64,000 bases of DNA from an uncultured Methylophaga sp. (GCA_937877715.1 CALEHW010000023.1:21290-85289); one strand, 5' to 3'. Counted from the first letter of the stretch, positions 19,597-30,835 are shown. A program made the numbers and translations. Notes: generated by a model from the letters alone, not told the origin.

Positions 19597-20186
19597 TGAC
19601 AGATGCCGCCTTCCAGCACTTTCTCTGGATATTTATCAGTGCCCTGCTAGTCAACAACTTCGTGCTGGCCTACTTCCTTGGACTCTGCCCCTTCCTGGGC
19701 GTATCCGGAAAGCTTGAGACCTCATTCAGGCTTGGTCTTGCCACCACCTTTGTACTGATCATCACCGCCATCTGTGCCTGGATACTCAACACCTACGTAC
19801 TTCCCCACGCCCCCTACCTGCGGCTGATCAGCTTTATTGTGGTGATCGCCAGCGTGGTGCAGTTTATCGAGATGTTGATCAAGAAGCTGAGCCCGGCCCT
19901 GTTCCGATCACTTGGAATCTTCCTGCCACTGATCACCACAAACTGCGCCATCCTCGGACTCGCCATCTTTGCCACCAATCGTGAATATAGTTTTGCCGAG
20001 AGCATTATATTCGCCCTCGGTGCTGGCGGCGGATTTACCCTGGCGCTGCTGCTAATGGCAGGATTGCGTGAGGAGAGCGAACTCTCCGATGTCCCCACCC
20101 TGATCCGAGGCACCGCTTTCAACCTGATCATTGCGGGAATTCTCTCCATGGCCTTTATGGGCTTTGCCGGACTCTTCTCGTCATGA
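19593..20186 (+). CDS. rnfA: Rnf complex subunit A (NqrE/RnfA family).
   Basis: 197 aa. FLGLCPFLGVS and LITTNCAILG are RnfA-type motifs. Confidence 0.8.
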   Translation: MMTDAAFQHFLWIFISALLVNNFVLAYFLGLCPFLGVSGKLETSFRLGLATTFVLIITAICAWILNTYVLPHAPYLRLISFIVVIASVVQFIEMLIKKLSPALFRSLGIFLPLITTNCAILGLAIFATNREYSFAESIIFALGAGGGFTLALLLMAGLREESELSDVPTLIRGTAFNLIIAGILSMAFMGFAGLFSS

Positions 20187-20365
20187 TGGGATATATCCTC
20201 TCCATTCTTGCACTGATCGCCCTGCTGGTTGGATGGGTACTGTTTCAGCAGTGGCTGAAGAAAAAAGATCCAGAGCAGTTCGGATACAAACCCGGCTGTG
20301 GTGCCTGTGCCAGCAAGGGGAGCTGCTCAACCTCAGGCAATAAGCATCAAAAAAAACACAACTAA
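20183..20365 (+). CDS. Small single-TM protein with a C-terminal GCGACxxKGSC cysteine cluster. Resembles NqrM (DUF539), the Na+-NQR maturation factor.
   Basis: 60 aa. Overlaps the rnfA stop as ATGA. Hydrophobic N-terminal helix followed by KPGCGACASKGSCSTSG. Confidence 0.5.
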   Translation: MMGYILSILALIALLVGWVLFQQWLKKKDPEQFGYKPGCGACASKGSCSTSGNKHQKKHN

Positions 20366-20380
20366 ACAGATAGAGACAGC

Positions 20381-21319
20381 ATGAGTTTACAGACAAGAAA
20401 AATTGCACTCGTTGGTGGTGGCCAGATCGGTACTGCACTGGCCCTAATGATCACCCAGAAAGACCATGCGGAGGTAGTAATTGTCGACCTCCCAGATGCG
20501 GTCGACCCCATCAAGGGCAAGGCTCTCGACATCATGGCACTACGCCCACACGCCGGGGTGGATGTAGAGATCACCGCTACCAGCGACTACAGCGAGATTG
20601 CCGATTCCGAGGTAGTAATTGTTACAGCCGGGATTCCACGCAGGGCCGGCATGACCAGAAATGACCTGCTGGAGATAAATCTTGGGGTTATCAAATCTGT
20701 TGCCAAAGAGGTTGCTACTCACGCCCCCAATGCCTTCGTTGTACTCTCTACCAACCCTGTCGACACCATGTGCCAGGCCTTCCAACACTACTCAGGATTT
20801 CCAAAGAACCGAGTAATTGGACTCTCCGGGGCACTCGATAGCGGTCGATTCCGACTCTTCATTGCGATGGAAACTGGCTTCTCAGCCAAAGATGTTTCAT
20901 GCATGGTGATGGGAGGTCACGGCCCTGCAATGATTCCTCTGACCCGCACCGCAACCGTTGGTGGCATTCCAATCCAGACTCTACTTTCTGATGAAAAGAT
21001 CGAGGAGATCGTCGAGCGTACCCGTCAAGCTGGAACCGAGATCGTGCAACTACTTGGACAAGGCAGTGCCTACATCAGCCCCGCATCAGCAATCATGGAG
21101 ATGGTCGAGGCCTACCTCTACAACAAGAAGCGGCTGATCGCCTCCTCAGTCCTCTGTGAGGGAGAGTATGGAATCGATAACTGCTTTATCGGCGTCCCCT
21201 GCGTTATCGGTGCCGGTGGAGTCGAGCGGATTGTAGAGATGGAGCTGACCGCAGAGGAGCAGGCCCAGCTCAACGAGAACTATCGCTCACTCAGAGAGAA
21301 TATAGAACGGATAGGTTGA
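20381..21319 (+). CDS. mdh: Malate dehydrogenase (LDH-like family).
   Basis: 312 aa. KIALVGGGQIGTALAL NAD fold. GIPRRAGMTRNDLL has the Arg typical of MDH substrate specificity. Confidence 0.9.
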   Translation: MSLQTRKIALVGGGQIGTALALMITQKDHAEVVIVDLPDAVDPIKGKALDIMALRPHAGVDVEITATSDYSEIADSEVVIVTAGIPRRAGMTRNDLLEINLGVIKSVAKEVATHAPNAFVVLSTNPVDTMCQAFQHYSGFPKNRVIGLSGALDSGRFRLFIAMETGFSAKDVSCMVMGGHGPAMIPLTRTATVGGIPIQTLLSDEKIEEIVERTRQAGTEIVQLLGQGSAYISPASAIMEMVEAYLYNKKRLIASSVLCEGEYGIDNCFIGVPCVIGAGGVERIVEMELTAEEQAQLNENYRSLRENIERIG

Positions 21320-21328
21320 TATTTAATA

Positions 21329-21394
21329 CGCTAGTCTCTAATTCCAAGTGCAACACCAATCGTAGGGTGTTGCACTTGGAATTAGAGACTAGCG
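21329..21394. repeat. Perfect 28-bp inverted repeat (hairpin with a 10-nt loop) between mdh and higA. Likely a bidirectional terminator or a REP/MITE-like element.
   Basis: cgctagtctctaattccaagtgcaacac ... gtgttgcacttggaattagagactagcg. The right arm overlaps the higA stop codon. Confidence 0.7.
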
Positions 21395-21682
21395 TGTCTC
21401 GATCATCATTGGTCGCGTATTAGACAAGTTAATAGTTTGGCTGGTTACCCACAATTCATAATTATCCTGCATGGCCAACCAGCTCTCTGGTGTCCTTCCG
21501 AGAACCTTTGATAATCTGAGAGCCATTTCTGGCGTTACAGAACTCCTCTCTTTTAGTACCCGATTCAAGGTTGATGCAGCTACACCAAGATGTCTGGCAA
21601 GATTACGGCCACTAATACCATTAGGCTCCATATAGACCGAGGCAATAAATTCACCGGGATGCGGGGGATTGTACATAGTCAT
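21389..21682 (-). CDS. higA: HigA-type antitoxin (XRE-family HTH).
   Basis: 97 aa. ...LGVAASTLNRVLKERSSVTPEMALRLSKVLGRTPESWLAMQ is the HigA/VapI HTH pattern. Directly downstream of the toxin gene. Confidence 0.8.
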   Translation of the reverse strand: MTMYNPPHPGEFIASVYMEPNGISGRNLARHLGVAASTLNRVLKERSSVTPEMALRLSKVLGRTPESWLAMQDNYELWVTSQTINLSNTRPMMIETR

Positions 21683-21960
21683 TAATGATAGTCCTCATAG
21701 TTCAAAATATAGGCATTACCGTCCCTAAATTCAAAGGTAATACGCCAGTTACCACTCACCGAAATGGACCAAATTCCTGATCGGCCACCTTTTAATTGGT
21801 GCAATCTGAAACCAGGCAGGTCGATATCATCAATCACCTGTGCGGTATCGATAGCGGCTAGTTGCATTCGTAATTTTTTAGAATGCTTGGATTGGACACC
21901 AACCGCTTTTCCGGATCGAAAAAATGTTTCCAGCCCCTTATGCCTGAATGTCTTAACCAC
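21682..21960 (-). CDS. higB: HigB-type toxin (RelE/ParE superfamily, 'plasmid maintenance system killer').
   Basis: 92 aa. MVKTFRHKGLETFF...LKGGRSGIWSISVSGNWRITFEF is a typical HigB. Toxin-first order with a 1-nt overlap to higA. Confidence 0.8.
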   Translation of the reverse strand: MVKTFRHKGLETFFRSGKAVGVQSKHSKKLRMQLAAIDTAQVIDDIDLPGFRLHQLKGGRSGIWSISVSGNWRITFEFRDGNAYILNYEDYH

Positions 21961-22045
21961 CTGGCAAGTGTAGCGTGTTGCGCAACAGGGGTCAATTTTT
22001 TATTCCCACCATTTAGATGTAGCCCTGTAATACCAAATCCGGGAA

Positions 22046-22291
22046 GTGGTCAGGCAATTCATGGATCAACACTATCGACAGGCCCTGGATGAGGCTCTGC
22101 CTATGCTCAACGACCGGACACCTCGCGAGTGCGCCATGGATCCTGATCTACAGGGTAAGGTGGTGCAGTGGATCAAGACACTGGAGAACCAGGACTCCCA
22201 TGCCCAATCCCATGACTTGTCTTCATCGACGGAAGGGTATGACTTCTCGTGGATCTGGGTGGAGCTGGGGCTTGACAAGTACCGTACCTGA
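22046..22291 (+). pseudogene. Possible remnant of an Xre/ParS-type (DUF2384-like) antitoxin C-terminal domain. No HTH and no partner toxin.
   Basis: 81-aa ORF. LNDRTPRECAMDPDLQGKVVQWIKTLEN resembles the C-terminal toxin-binding domain of DUF2384 antitoxins. There is no RES/ART toxin downstream. Confidence 0.3.
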
Positions 22292-22350
22292 ATCTCATCC
22301 CGTACCCTTTAAAGAGACGGGAGACGGCCAAACCCTGGAGGTGAACGGGC

Positions 22351-23739
22351 CTAGATCACCTTAGAGAAGTGCTGTGCCTTCTTTTCGCGCAGGTAGCGGT
22401 CGAATACCATGCAGACATTACGGATCAACAGACGTCCTGATGTGGCCACTGTGATGCCATCACCATCCATGGTCAGCAGCCCATCCTGCTCCATTGCCTT
22501 GAGCTCTTCCAGCTCTACCGGGAAGTAGTCGCTGAAGTTAATATTGTGACGCTCCTCTATTGCACTGTAGCGAAGACGGAAGTTACAGATGATCTCGGTG
22601 ATTACATCCCTGCGCAGCAGGTCGTCTGCATCCAGCTCGACCCCACGGAATATTGGCAGTTCACCTGCGTCAATTGATGCGTAGTAGTCATCTATCCCTT
22701 TCAGGTTCTGTGAATAGGTATTCCCCACTACTCCAATAGATGTAACCCCAAGTCCGATCAGGTCACAGTCACGGTGGGTGGAGTAGCCCTGGAAGTTTCG
22801 ATAGAGGGTGCCCTCACGCTGAGCAACTGCCAGTTCATCATCCGGCAGGGCAAAGTGGTCCATCCCGATATAGAGGTATCCAGCCTCGGAGAGCTGTTGG
22901 TTGGTGCGCTGCAGGATTTCCAGCTTCTGATCTGGCGAGGGAAGATCCACATCATTGATGCGTCGCTGTGGCTTGAATATCTCCGGCAGATGAGCGTAGT
23001 TAAAGACCGAGAGACGATCCGGACGTACCGCCAACACCTTGTCTACTGTCTTCTGGAAGCTGTCTGCTGTCTGCAGAGGAAGGCCGTAGATCAGATCGAT
23101 ACTGATTGACTTGAAACCGGTATCACGTGCGGCATCGAGTACCGCAAAGGTCTCCTCTTCAGACTGGATTCGATTTACCGCCCTCTGTACTGCAGGGTCA
23201 AAATCCTGCAGCCCTAGGCTCATACGGTTGAACCCCTCCTCCCTGAGCAGGGCAATGGTCTCTGCCGTCGCCTCACGGGGGTCGATCTCGATGGAGTACT
23301 CCCCCTCATCATCGGTTCTGAGGTTAAAGTTGTCACGGGTTGCATCCATCAGACGACGAATCTCGTCATGGTTGAGGAAGGTTGGAGTGCCGCCACCCCA
23401 GTGCAGCTGGTCAACAACTCTGGAGTTGTCAAACTGCTCACCCTGAAGCTCAATCTCACGAATTATCCGGTCAAGATAGGGTGGAGATTTCTCTCTATCC
23501 TTGGTTGCGATCTTGTTACAGCCACAGTAGAAGCAGACGGTATCGCAAAATGGGATGTGGAAGTAGAGGGAGAGCGGACGCAGCGGATCTTCTCCGTTGG
23601 TACGGGCAGCCGCAGCCTTGTAGGATTCACGATCAAATCCCTCATGGAATTGAACCGCAGTTGGGTATGATGTGTAACGTGGACCCGCCTTGTCGTAACG
23701 GCGAATCAGCTCCATATCAAAGGTAAGTATCTGCTCCAT
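22351..23739 (-). CDS. hemN: Oxygen-independent coproporphyrinogen III oxidase (radical SAM).
   Basis: 462 aa. YFHIPFCDTVCFYCGCN is the radical-SAM CxxxCxxC motif. N-terminal RYDKAGPRYTSYPTA is typical of HemN. Confidence 0.9.
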   Translation of the reverse strand: MEQILTFDMELIRRYDKAGPRYTSYPTAVQFHEGFDRESYKAAAARTNGEDPLRPLSLYFHIPFCDTVCFYCGCNKIATKDREKSPPYLDRIIREIELQGEQFDNSRVVDQLHWGGGTPTFLNHDEIRRLMDATRDNFNLRTDDEGEYSIEIDPREATAETIALLREEGFNRMSLGLQDFDPAVQRAVNRIQSEEETFAVLDAARDTGFKSISIDLIYGLPLQTADSFQKTVDKVLAVRPDRLSVFNYAHLPEIFKPQRRINDVDLPSPDQKLEILQRTNQQLSEAGYLYIGMDHFALPDDELAVAQREGTLYRNFQGYSTHRDCDLIGLGVTSIGVVGNTYSQNLKGIDDYYASIDAGELPIFRGVELDADDLLRRDVITEIICNFRLRYSAIEERHNINFSDYFPVELEELKAMEQDGLLTMDGDGITVATSGRLLIRNVCMVFDRYLREKKAQHFSKVI

Positions 23740-23755
23740 TCTGACTATTTATCCC

Positions 23756-24649
23756 TCAATCTGGTAATTGTGTTGTGCACCGCTCATGCTCTTTACGAAA
23801 CAGCGACTGGTGTGCATCCAGCGTATTGCGGTCAACCGCAAAGACTCCATGGCCGCCGCGCTCAAATTCGAGCCAGCTCCAGGGGAGCTCCGGGAAGAGT
23901 TGCTCCAGCGCCTCGGCACTGTTCCCCACCTCGCAAATAAGTACGCCATTCTCTTCCAGATGGGCCGGTGATTCCAGCAAAATCTGTACAATCAGGTCAA
24001 GGCCATCCTCCCCGGCCTCCAGCCCCATCCTGGGCTCGGCAAGAAACTCCGCCGGCATCGACTCCAGATCTGCTCTATCTACGTATGGCGGGTTGGTTAC
24101 GATCAGGTCGTAACACCTTCCATTTAGCGCAGAGAAGAGATCGGATTTTTTAACTCGAACCCGATCCCCAACTCCGTGGTTCTCGATATTTATTCTGGCG
24201 ACTGCAACTGCATCCTCGGAGAGATCCACTGCATCAACCATTGCATCAGGGAACCCATAACTGCAAGCTATTGCAATACAACCACTTCCTGAGCCAATCT
24301 CAAGAATATTGTTAACACCATCAGGATCGATCCAGGGGTAGAAGTGCTGCTCGATCAGCTCTGCAATTGGTGAACGCGGAACCAGGACACGCTCATCCAC
24401 ATAGAATGGGAGCCCTGCAAACTGCGCCTTATTGGTCAGGTATGATGCCGGAATCCGCTCCTCAACTCGGCGACGGAAGAGGACAACCAGATGACTCCGT
24501 TCGGTTGGAAGCAGCCTCCCTTCCAGCAGAATATCTGGGCAGTCAGCTGGTAGATGCAGTCCATGCAAAACCAGCTGGAGGGCCTCATCCAGCGCATTGT
24601 CGGTGCCGTGTCCAAAATATAGGTTGCCATCACGCTCTGCCTCCCCCAT
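23756..24649 (-). CDS. prmB: Ribosomal protein L3 glutamine methyltransferase (PrmB/YfcB family). The true start is probably upstream of the first ATG.
   Basis: GHGTDNALDEALQLVL, NKAQFAGLPFYVDERVLVPRSP and VTNPPY closely match E. coli PrmB. Homology (TPRDFIRW) continues about 25 codons upstream of the ATG at 24649. Confidence 0.8.
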   Translation of the reverse strand: MGEAERDGNLYFGHGTDNALDEALQLVLHGLHLPADCPDILLEGRLLPTERSHLVVLFRRRVEERIPASYLTNKAQFAGLPFYVDERVLVPRSPIAELIEQHFYPWIDPDGVNNILEIGSGSGCIAIACSYGFPDAMVDAVDLSEDAVAVARINIENHGVGDRVRVKKSDLFSALNGRCYDLIVTNPPYVDRADLESMPAEFLAEPRMGLEAGEDGLDLIVQILLESPAHLEENGVLICEVGNSAEALEQLFPELPWSWLEFERGGHGVFAVDRNTLDAHQSLFRKEHERCTTQLPD

Positions 24650-24720
24650 TAAAGAGGCACCCCAACGGATGAAATCCCTTGGGGTGAGCAGTGTCTCCTC
24701 TATGGTTACGGTGTCGATAG

Positions 24721-25089
24721 TCAGGCCTTGGACTCCTGCTCCTGAATCTGCTTGCGCACATCCGACATATCCAGCTCCTGAGTCTTGGCAATCAGATCCT
24801 TGAGGCCATCAGCTGGCACCATCCCGGGCTGTGAGAAGATCACGATCTGTTCACGGAAGATCATCAGTGTGGGGATTGAGCGAATCTGGAAGTGGGACGC
24901 AAGCTCCTGTTCGGCCTCTGTATTTACCTTGGCAAAGACCACATTCTCGATCTCTTCAGAGACCTTCTCGTAGATCGGACCAAAGCTCTTGCAGGGTCCA
25001 CACCACGGGGCCCAGAAATCTACCACTACAATATCGTTGCCGCTAATAGTCTCTTCAAAATTGGATCCGTCCAGTTCAACTGTGCTCAT
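24721..25089 (-). CDS. trxA: Thioredoxin.
   Basis: 122 aa. WAPWCGPCK active site. Confidence 0.85.
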   Translation of the reverse strand: MSTVELDGSNFEETISGNDIVVVDFWAPWCGPCKSFGPIYEKVSEEIENVVFAKVNTEAEQELASHFQIRSIPTLMIFREQIVIFSQPGMVPADGLKDLIAKTQELDMSDVRKQIQEQESKA

Positions 25090-25148
25090 AACTCTCTCTT
25101 CCTTGTTTCTAAAACCAAATTAGCTCTAACTACCACACCCTTCCCATT

Positions 25149-25562
25149 TTAGCACCCCTCATCAACCTCTTTGTGGCTCTTTTCATCGCTCATATTCTGC
25201 TCATCCTCCATATCAGACCCCGAATCAAACGAGGATGGCAACATCCTCCAGGGGACAACCTTGGCAACCAGTGGCAACAACAGGGCTCCGCCCGGCAGCA
25301 TGAAGATCCCGAAGGCAGGAACCGTACGTGCCAAATCCTTGGCTTGCTCAAGCGCATCCTGCCGCTCCTCCTCACTGGTCTCCTGCCCCAGCGAGATCTT
25401 GCGCAGGGTTGTCAGCATCATCCCAGTCTGCTGTACTTCCATCCATGTCTTGACACTAATGTCCATGAAGATCCTGCTAACCATATCAGGGTCACGACCC
25501 CTCTCTGCCGTTACCCGTAGCACCTCCCGGGTTCTGGTGACAATTTTTATCTCACTTAGCAA
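25149..25562 (-). CDS. Hypothetical protein.
   Basis: 137-aa ORF between mogA and trxA on the same strand. No recognisable motif. Confidence 0.4.
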   Translation of the reverse strand: MLSEIKIVTRTREVLRVTAERGRDPDMVSRIFMDISVKTWMEVQQTGMMLTTLRKISLGQETSEEERQDALEQAKDLARTVPAFGIFMLPGGALLLPLVAKVVPWRMLPSSFDSGSDMEDEQNMSDEKSHKEVDEGC

Positions 25563-25565
25563 CTG

Positions 25566-26102
25566 CTACTTACCCTTGGGGCGAAAGACCTTGACCACCT
25601 CTGGATGCGCCTCCAGTCTGGGGCCTTCGATCAGATCAACGCAGTAAGGGATTGCGGGGAAGAGTTCGTCTAGGGTCTCGGCAATTGCAGAGGGTTTTCC
25701 CGGCAGATTGACAATCAGGCTATTGCCACGAATACCCGCGGTCTGACGCGAGAGAATGGCTGTGGGTACGTACTTCAACGAGATCTGGCGCATCAACTCA
25801 CCAAAACCGGGCATCATCCGCTCACAGACCGCCTCCGTTGCCTCCGGAGTCACATCTCGTGGCGCGGGCCCTGTGCCACCGGTGGTGACAATCAGGCAGC
25901 ATCCATCCTCATCCGCAAGCGCCCTCAGAGTCTGCTCAATCACTGGCTGCTCATCAGGGATAACCCGTGCAACCGGCTCCCAGTCAGACGAGAGGGCCCT
26001 CTCGAACCACCCCTGCAGCGCAGGGCCGCCCAGATCCTCATACTCGCCGCGACTGGCGCGATCCGATACCGTTACAATTCCAATTTTTGCGCTACTGCCC
26101 AT
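25566..26102 (-). CDS. mogA: Molybdopterin adenylyltransferase MogA/MoaB family.
   Basis: 178 aa. KIGIVTVSDRASRGEYEDLGGPAL matches the MogA N-terminus. GGTG motif present. Confidence 0.8.
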   Translation of the reverse strand: MGSSAKIGIVTVSDRASRGEYEDLGGPALQGWFERALSSDWEPVARVIPDEQPVIEQTLRALADEDGCCLIVTTGGTGPAPRDVTPEATEAVCERMMPGFGELMRQISLKYVPTAILSRQTAGIRGNSLIVNLPGKPSAIAETLDELFPAIPYCVDLIEGPRLEAHPEVVKVFRPKGK

Positions 26103-26172
26103 TACTAAATCCTCAGGTTCTGCGGAACATCTAAAATTGAAAACATTCTATAACAAAAAGTGCCAGTCCCAC

Positions 26173-26200
26173 CTTGAAAAAAGAGAAATGATCCCCACAA
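26173..26200 (+). promoter_or_regulatory. Sigma-32 (heat-shock) type promoter upstream of lon.
   Basis: CTTGAAA-N13-CCCCACAA. The sigma-32 consensus is CTTGAAA-N13-14-CCCCATNT. Confidence 0.5.
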
Positions 26201-26285
26201 CAATCACTCCTTTCCAAAAATTGTAGAGTCAGGGAGAATGCACCCCTGATAGCAGCCAACAAGAATAGAGCAGAACAGACTGACC

Positions 26286-28697
<2,412 letters not shown>

Positions 28698-28716
28698 CGG
28701 ACCGGTAGCTCCCTGA

Positions 28717-30615
28717 ATGAGTCTGCTACAACTCAAGGATATTCAGCTCGCCTACGGTGACCTCCCCCTGCTCGACCACGCCAACCTTGTCGTCGAGCGT
28801 GGTGAGCGCCTCTGTCTGGTCGGGCGCAACGGTACTGGCAAATCTACACTGTTCAAGGTTATCTCCGGAGATGCAATCTCGGAAGATGGCATCATAGAGA
28901 AAGGAACAACAAAAATATCCCGTCTAAAACAAGAGGTTCCAAAAGATATATCAGGCAGTATCTATGATATAACGGCGCAGGGTGTTGGTGAAATAGGGCA
29001 GCTGATTGCCGACTACCACCACCTTGTTGTAGAGCTTGAGAGCGACAGCAGCGAAAGAATACTGGAGCAGATGTCCGCTGTTCAGCAGAAAATCGAGGCC
29101 GCCCATGGCTGGTCAATCCAGCAGCAGATTGAGGCCACCCTTTCTAAAATGGGGCTTGATCCGGAGGAGAGTTTCGAGGATCTTTCTGGTGGCATGAAGC
29201 GTCGAGTGCTGCTGGCACAGGCCCTGGTTCAGAAACCAGATCTGCTCCTGCTGGATGAGCCCACCAACCACCTCGATATCGAATCAATCCAGTGGCTGGA
29301 GGAGTTCCTTCTGGGCAGTCAGACCGCCCTCCTCTTCATCACCCATGACCGACAATTCCTGCGCCGACTGGCGACTCGAATAATCGAGCTGGATCGCGGT
29401 AACCTGGCCGACTGGCCCGGAGATTATGACACCTACCTCAGACAGAAAGAGAAGGCACTGGAGGATGAGGAGAAAGATAACGCCCTCTTCGACAAGAGGT
29501 TGGCCCAGGAAGAGGTCTGGATTCGCCAGGGGATCAAGGCCAGGCGCACCCGTAACGAGGGGCGTGTACGTGCTCTGAAGGCACTGCGTGAGGAGCGCAG
29601 CAGGCGGCGCAACCGCACCGGCAATGTGCGCATGGCTACACAGCAGAGCGAGGCCTCTGGCAAGAAGGTGATCCGCGCCAAAAATCTGCATCACAGTTAT
29701 GACAGCAAGCCACTGATACATGACCTCTCGATAAATATCCAGCGCGGGGATCGTATCGGCATTATCGGACCAAATGGAATCGGCAAAAGTACTCTGCTGC
29801 GTATTCTGCTTGGAGAGACCATCGCAGACGAGGGGACTGTCAAACACGGGACAAAGTTACAGGTCTCCTATTTTGACCAACTAAGAAACCAGCTAAGTGA
29901 GGAACGCTCGGTACAGGACAGCGTTGCAGATGGCAGCGACAACGTCATCATCAATGGCAATAGCAGGCATGTCATCAGCTATCTGCAGGATTTTCTCTTC
30001 TCTCCGCAACGGGCCCGCAGCCCCGTCAGCACCCTCTCCGGTGGCGAACGCAACCGCCTACTGCTGGCACGGCTATTTTCCAAACCATCAAATCTGCTGG
30101 TAATGGATGAACCAACCAATGATCTCGATATAGAGACCCTGGAGCTGCTGGAGGAGCTACTGCTTGAGTATCAGGGCACCCTGCTCCTGGTAAGCCATGA
30201 TCGCGCCTTCCTCAATAACGTTGTTACCAGCACCTTGGTGTTTGAGGGGAGCGGCGTGATCGAGGAATATGTTGGCGGCTATGATGACTGGCTCCGGCAG
30301 CGAAAGAGTGCGCCATCCACCACCAACAAAACCAAACCGGAAAACAACAGCAAGAGCAGTGTAACCAGCAACCAGAACCCCGGCCAGAGAAAGCTGAGCT
30401 ACAAGGAGAGGCGTGAACTTGAGAAGCTCCCCAAACAGATCGAGAAACTGGAGAGTGAACAGGAGGACATTCACCAAAAGCTGGCTGATCCAGCCTTCTA
30501 CCAGAGCGGTGGGGATGAGGTCAGTTCGATAACGGAGCGGTTGAATGAGATTGAACAACTTCTCGTTACCCAGTACGATCGCTGGGAAACGCTTGAGGAG
30601 ATAGAGAATGGATAG
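28717..30615 (+). CDS. uup: ABC-F family ATPase Uup.
   Basis: 632 aa. Two ABC cassettes. KRLAQEEVWIRQGIKARRTRNEGRVRALKA is essentially identical to E. coli Uup. C-terminal coiled coil. Confidence 0.9.
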   Translation: MSLLQLKDIQLAYGDLPLLDHANLVVERGERLCLVGRNGTGKSTLFKVISGDAISEDGIIEKGTTKISRLKQEVPKDISGSIYDITAQGVGEIGQLIADYHHLVVELESDSSERILEQMSAVQQKIEAAHGWSIQQQIEATLSKMGLDPEESFEDLSGGMKRRVLLAQALVQKPDLLLLDEPTNHLDIESIQWLEEFLLGSQTALLFITHDRQFLRRLATRIIELDRGNLADWPGDYDTYLRQKEKALEDEEKDNALFDKRLAQEEVWIRQGIKARRTRNEGRVRALKALREERSRRRNRTGNVRMATQQSEASGKKVIRAKNLHHSYDSKPLIHDLSINIQRGDRIGIIGPNGIGKSTLLRILLGETIADEGTVKHGTKLQVSYFDQLRNQLSEERSVQDSVADGSDNVIINGNSRHVISYLQDFLFSPQRARSPVSTLSGGERNRLLLARLFSKPSNLLVMDEPTNDLDIETLELLEELLLEYQGTLLLVSHDRAFLNNVVTSTLVFEGSGVIEEYVGGYDDWLRQRKSAPSTTNKTKPENNSKSSVTSNQNPGQRKLSYKERRELEKLPKQIEKLESEQEDIHQKLADPAFYQSGGDEVSSITERLNEIEQLLVTQYDRWETLEEIENG

Positions 30616-30826
30616 CCAAACCACAGAACAACGATTGGAGGAGCTGGAGAGCCGTCTCGCCTTTCAGGATGAGCATATAGAGGAGCTAAACGATGTTATT
30701 GCCAAGCTGCAGCTGGAGGTGATGACATTGGGGCAACGCCAGCGAGAGGCGGAGCGGCAGATTCAGCAGATCACCCCGTCGCTTATCAAGTCACTTGCGG
30801 AGGAGACGCCCCCTCCTCACTACTGA
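30608..30826 (+). CDS. slyX: SlyX family protein.
   Basis: 72-aa coiled-coil. EQRLEELESRLAFQDEHIEELN is the SlyX pattern. Confidence 0.75.
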   Translation: MDSQTTEQRLEELESRLAFQDEHIEELNDVIAKLQLEVMTLGQRQREAERQIQQITPSLIKSLAEETPPPHY

Positions 30827-30835
30827 TGTTACATA

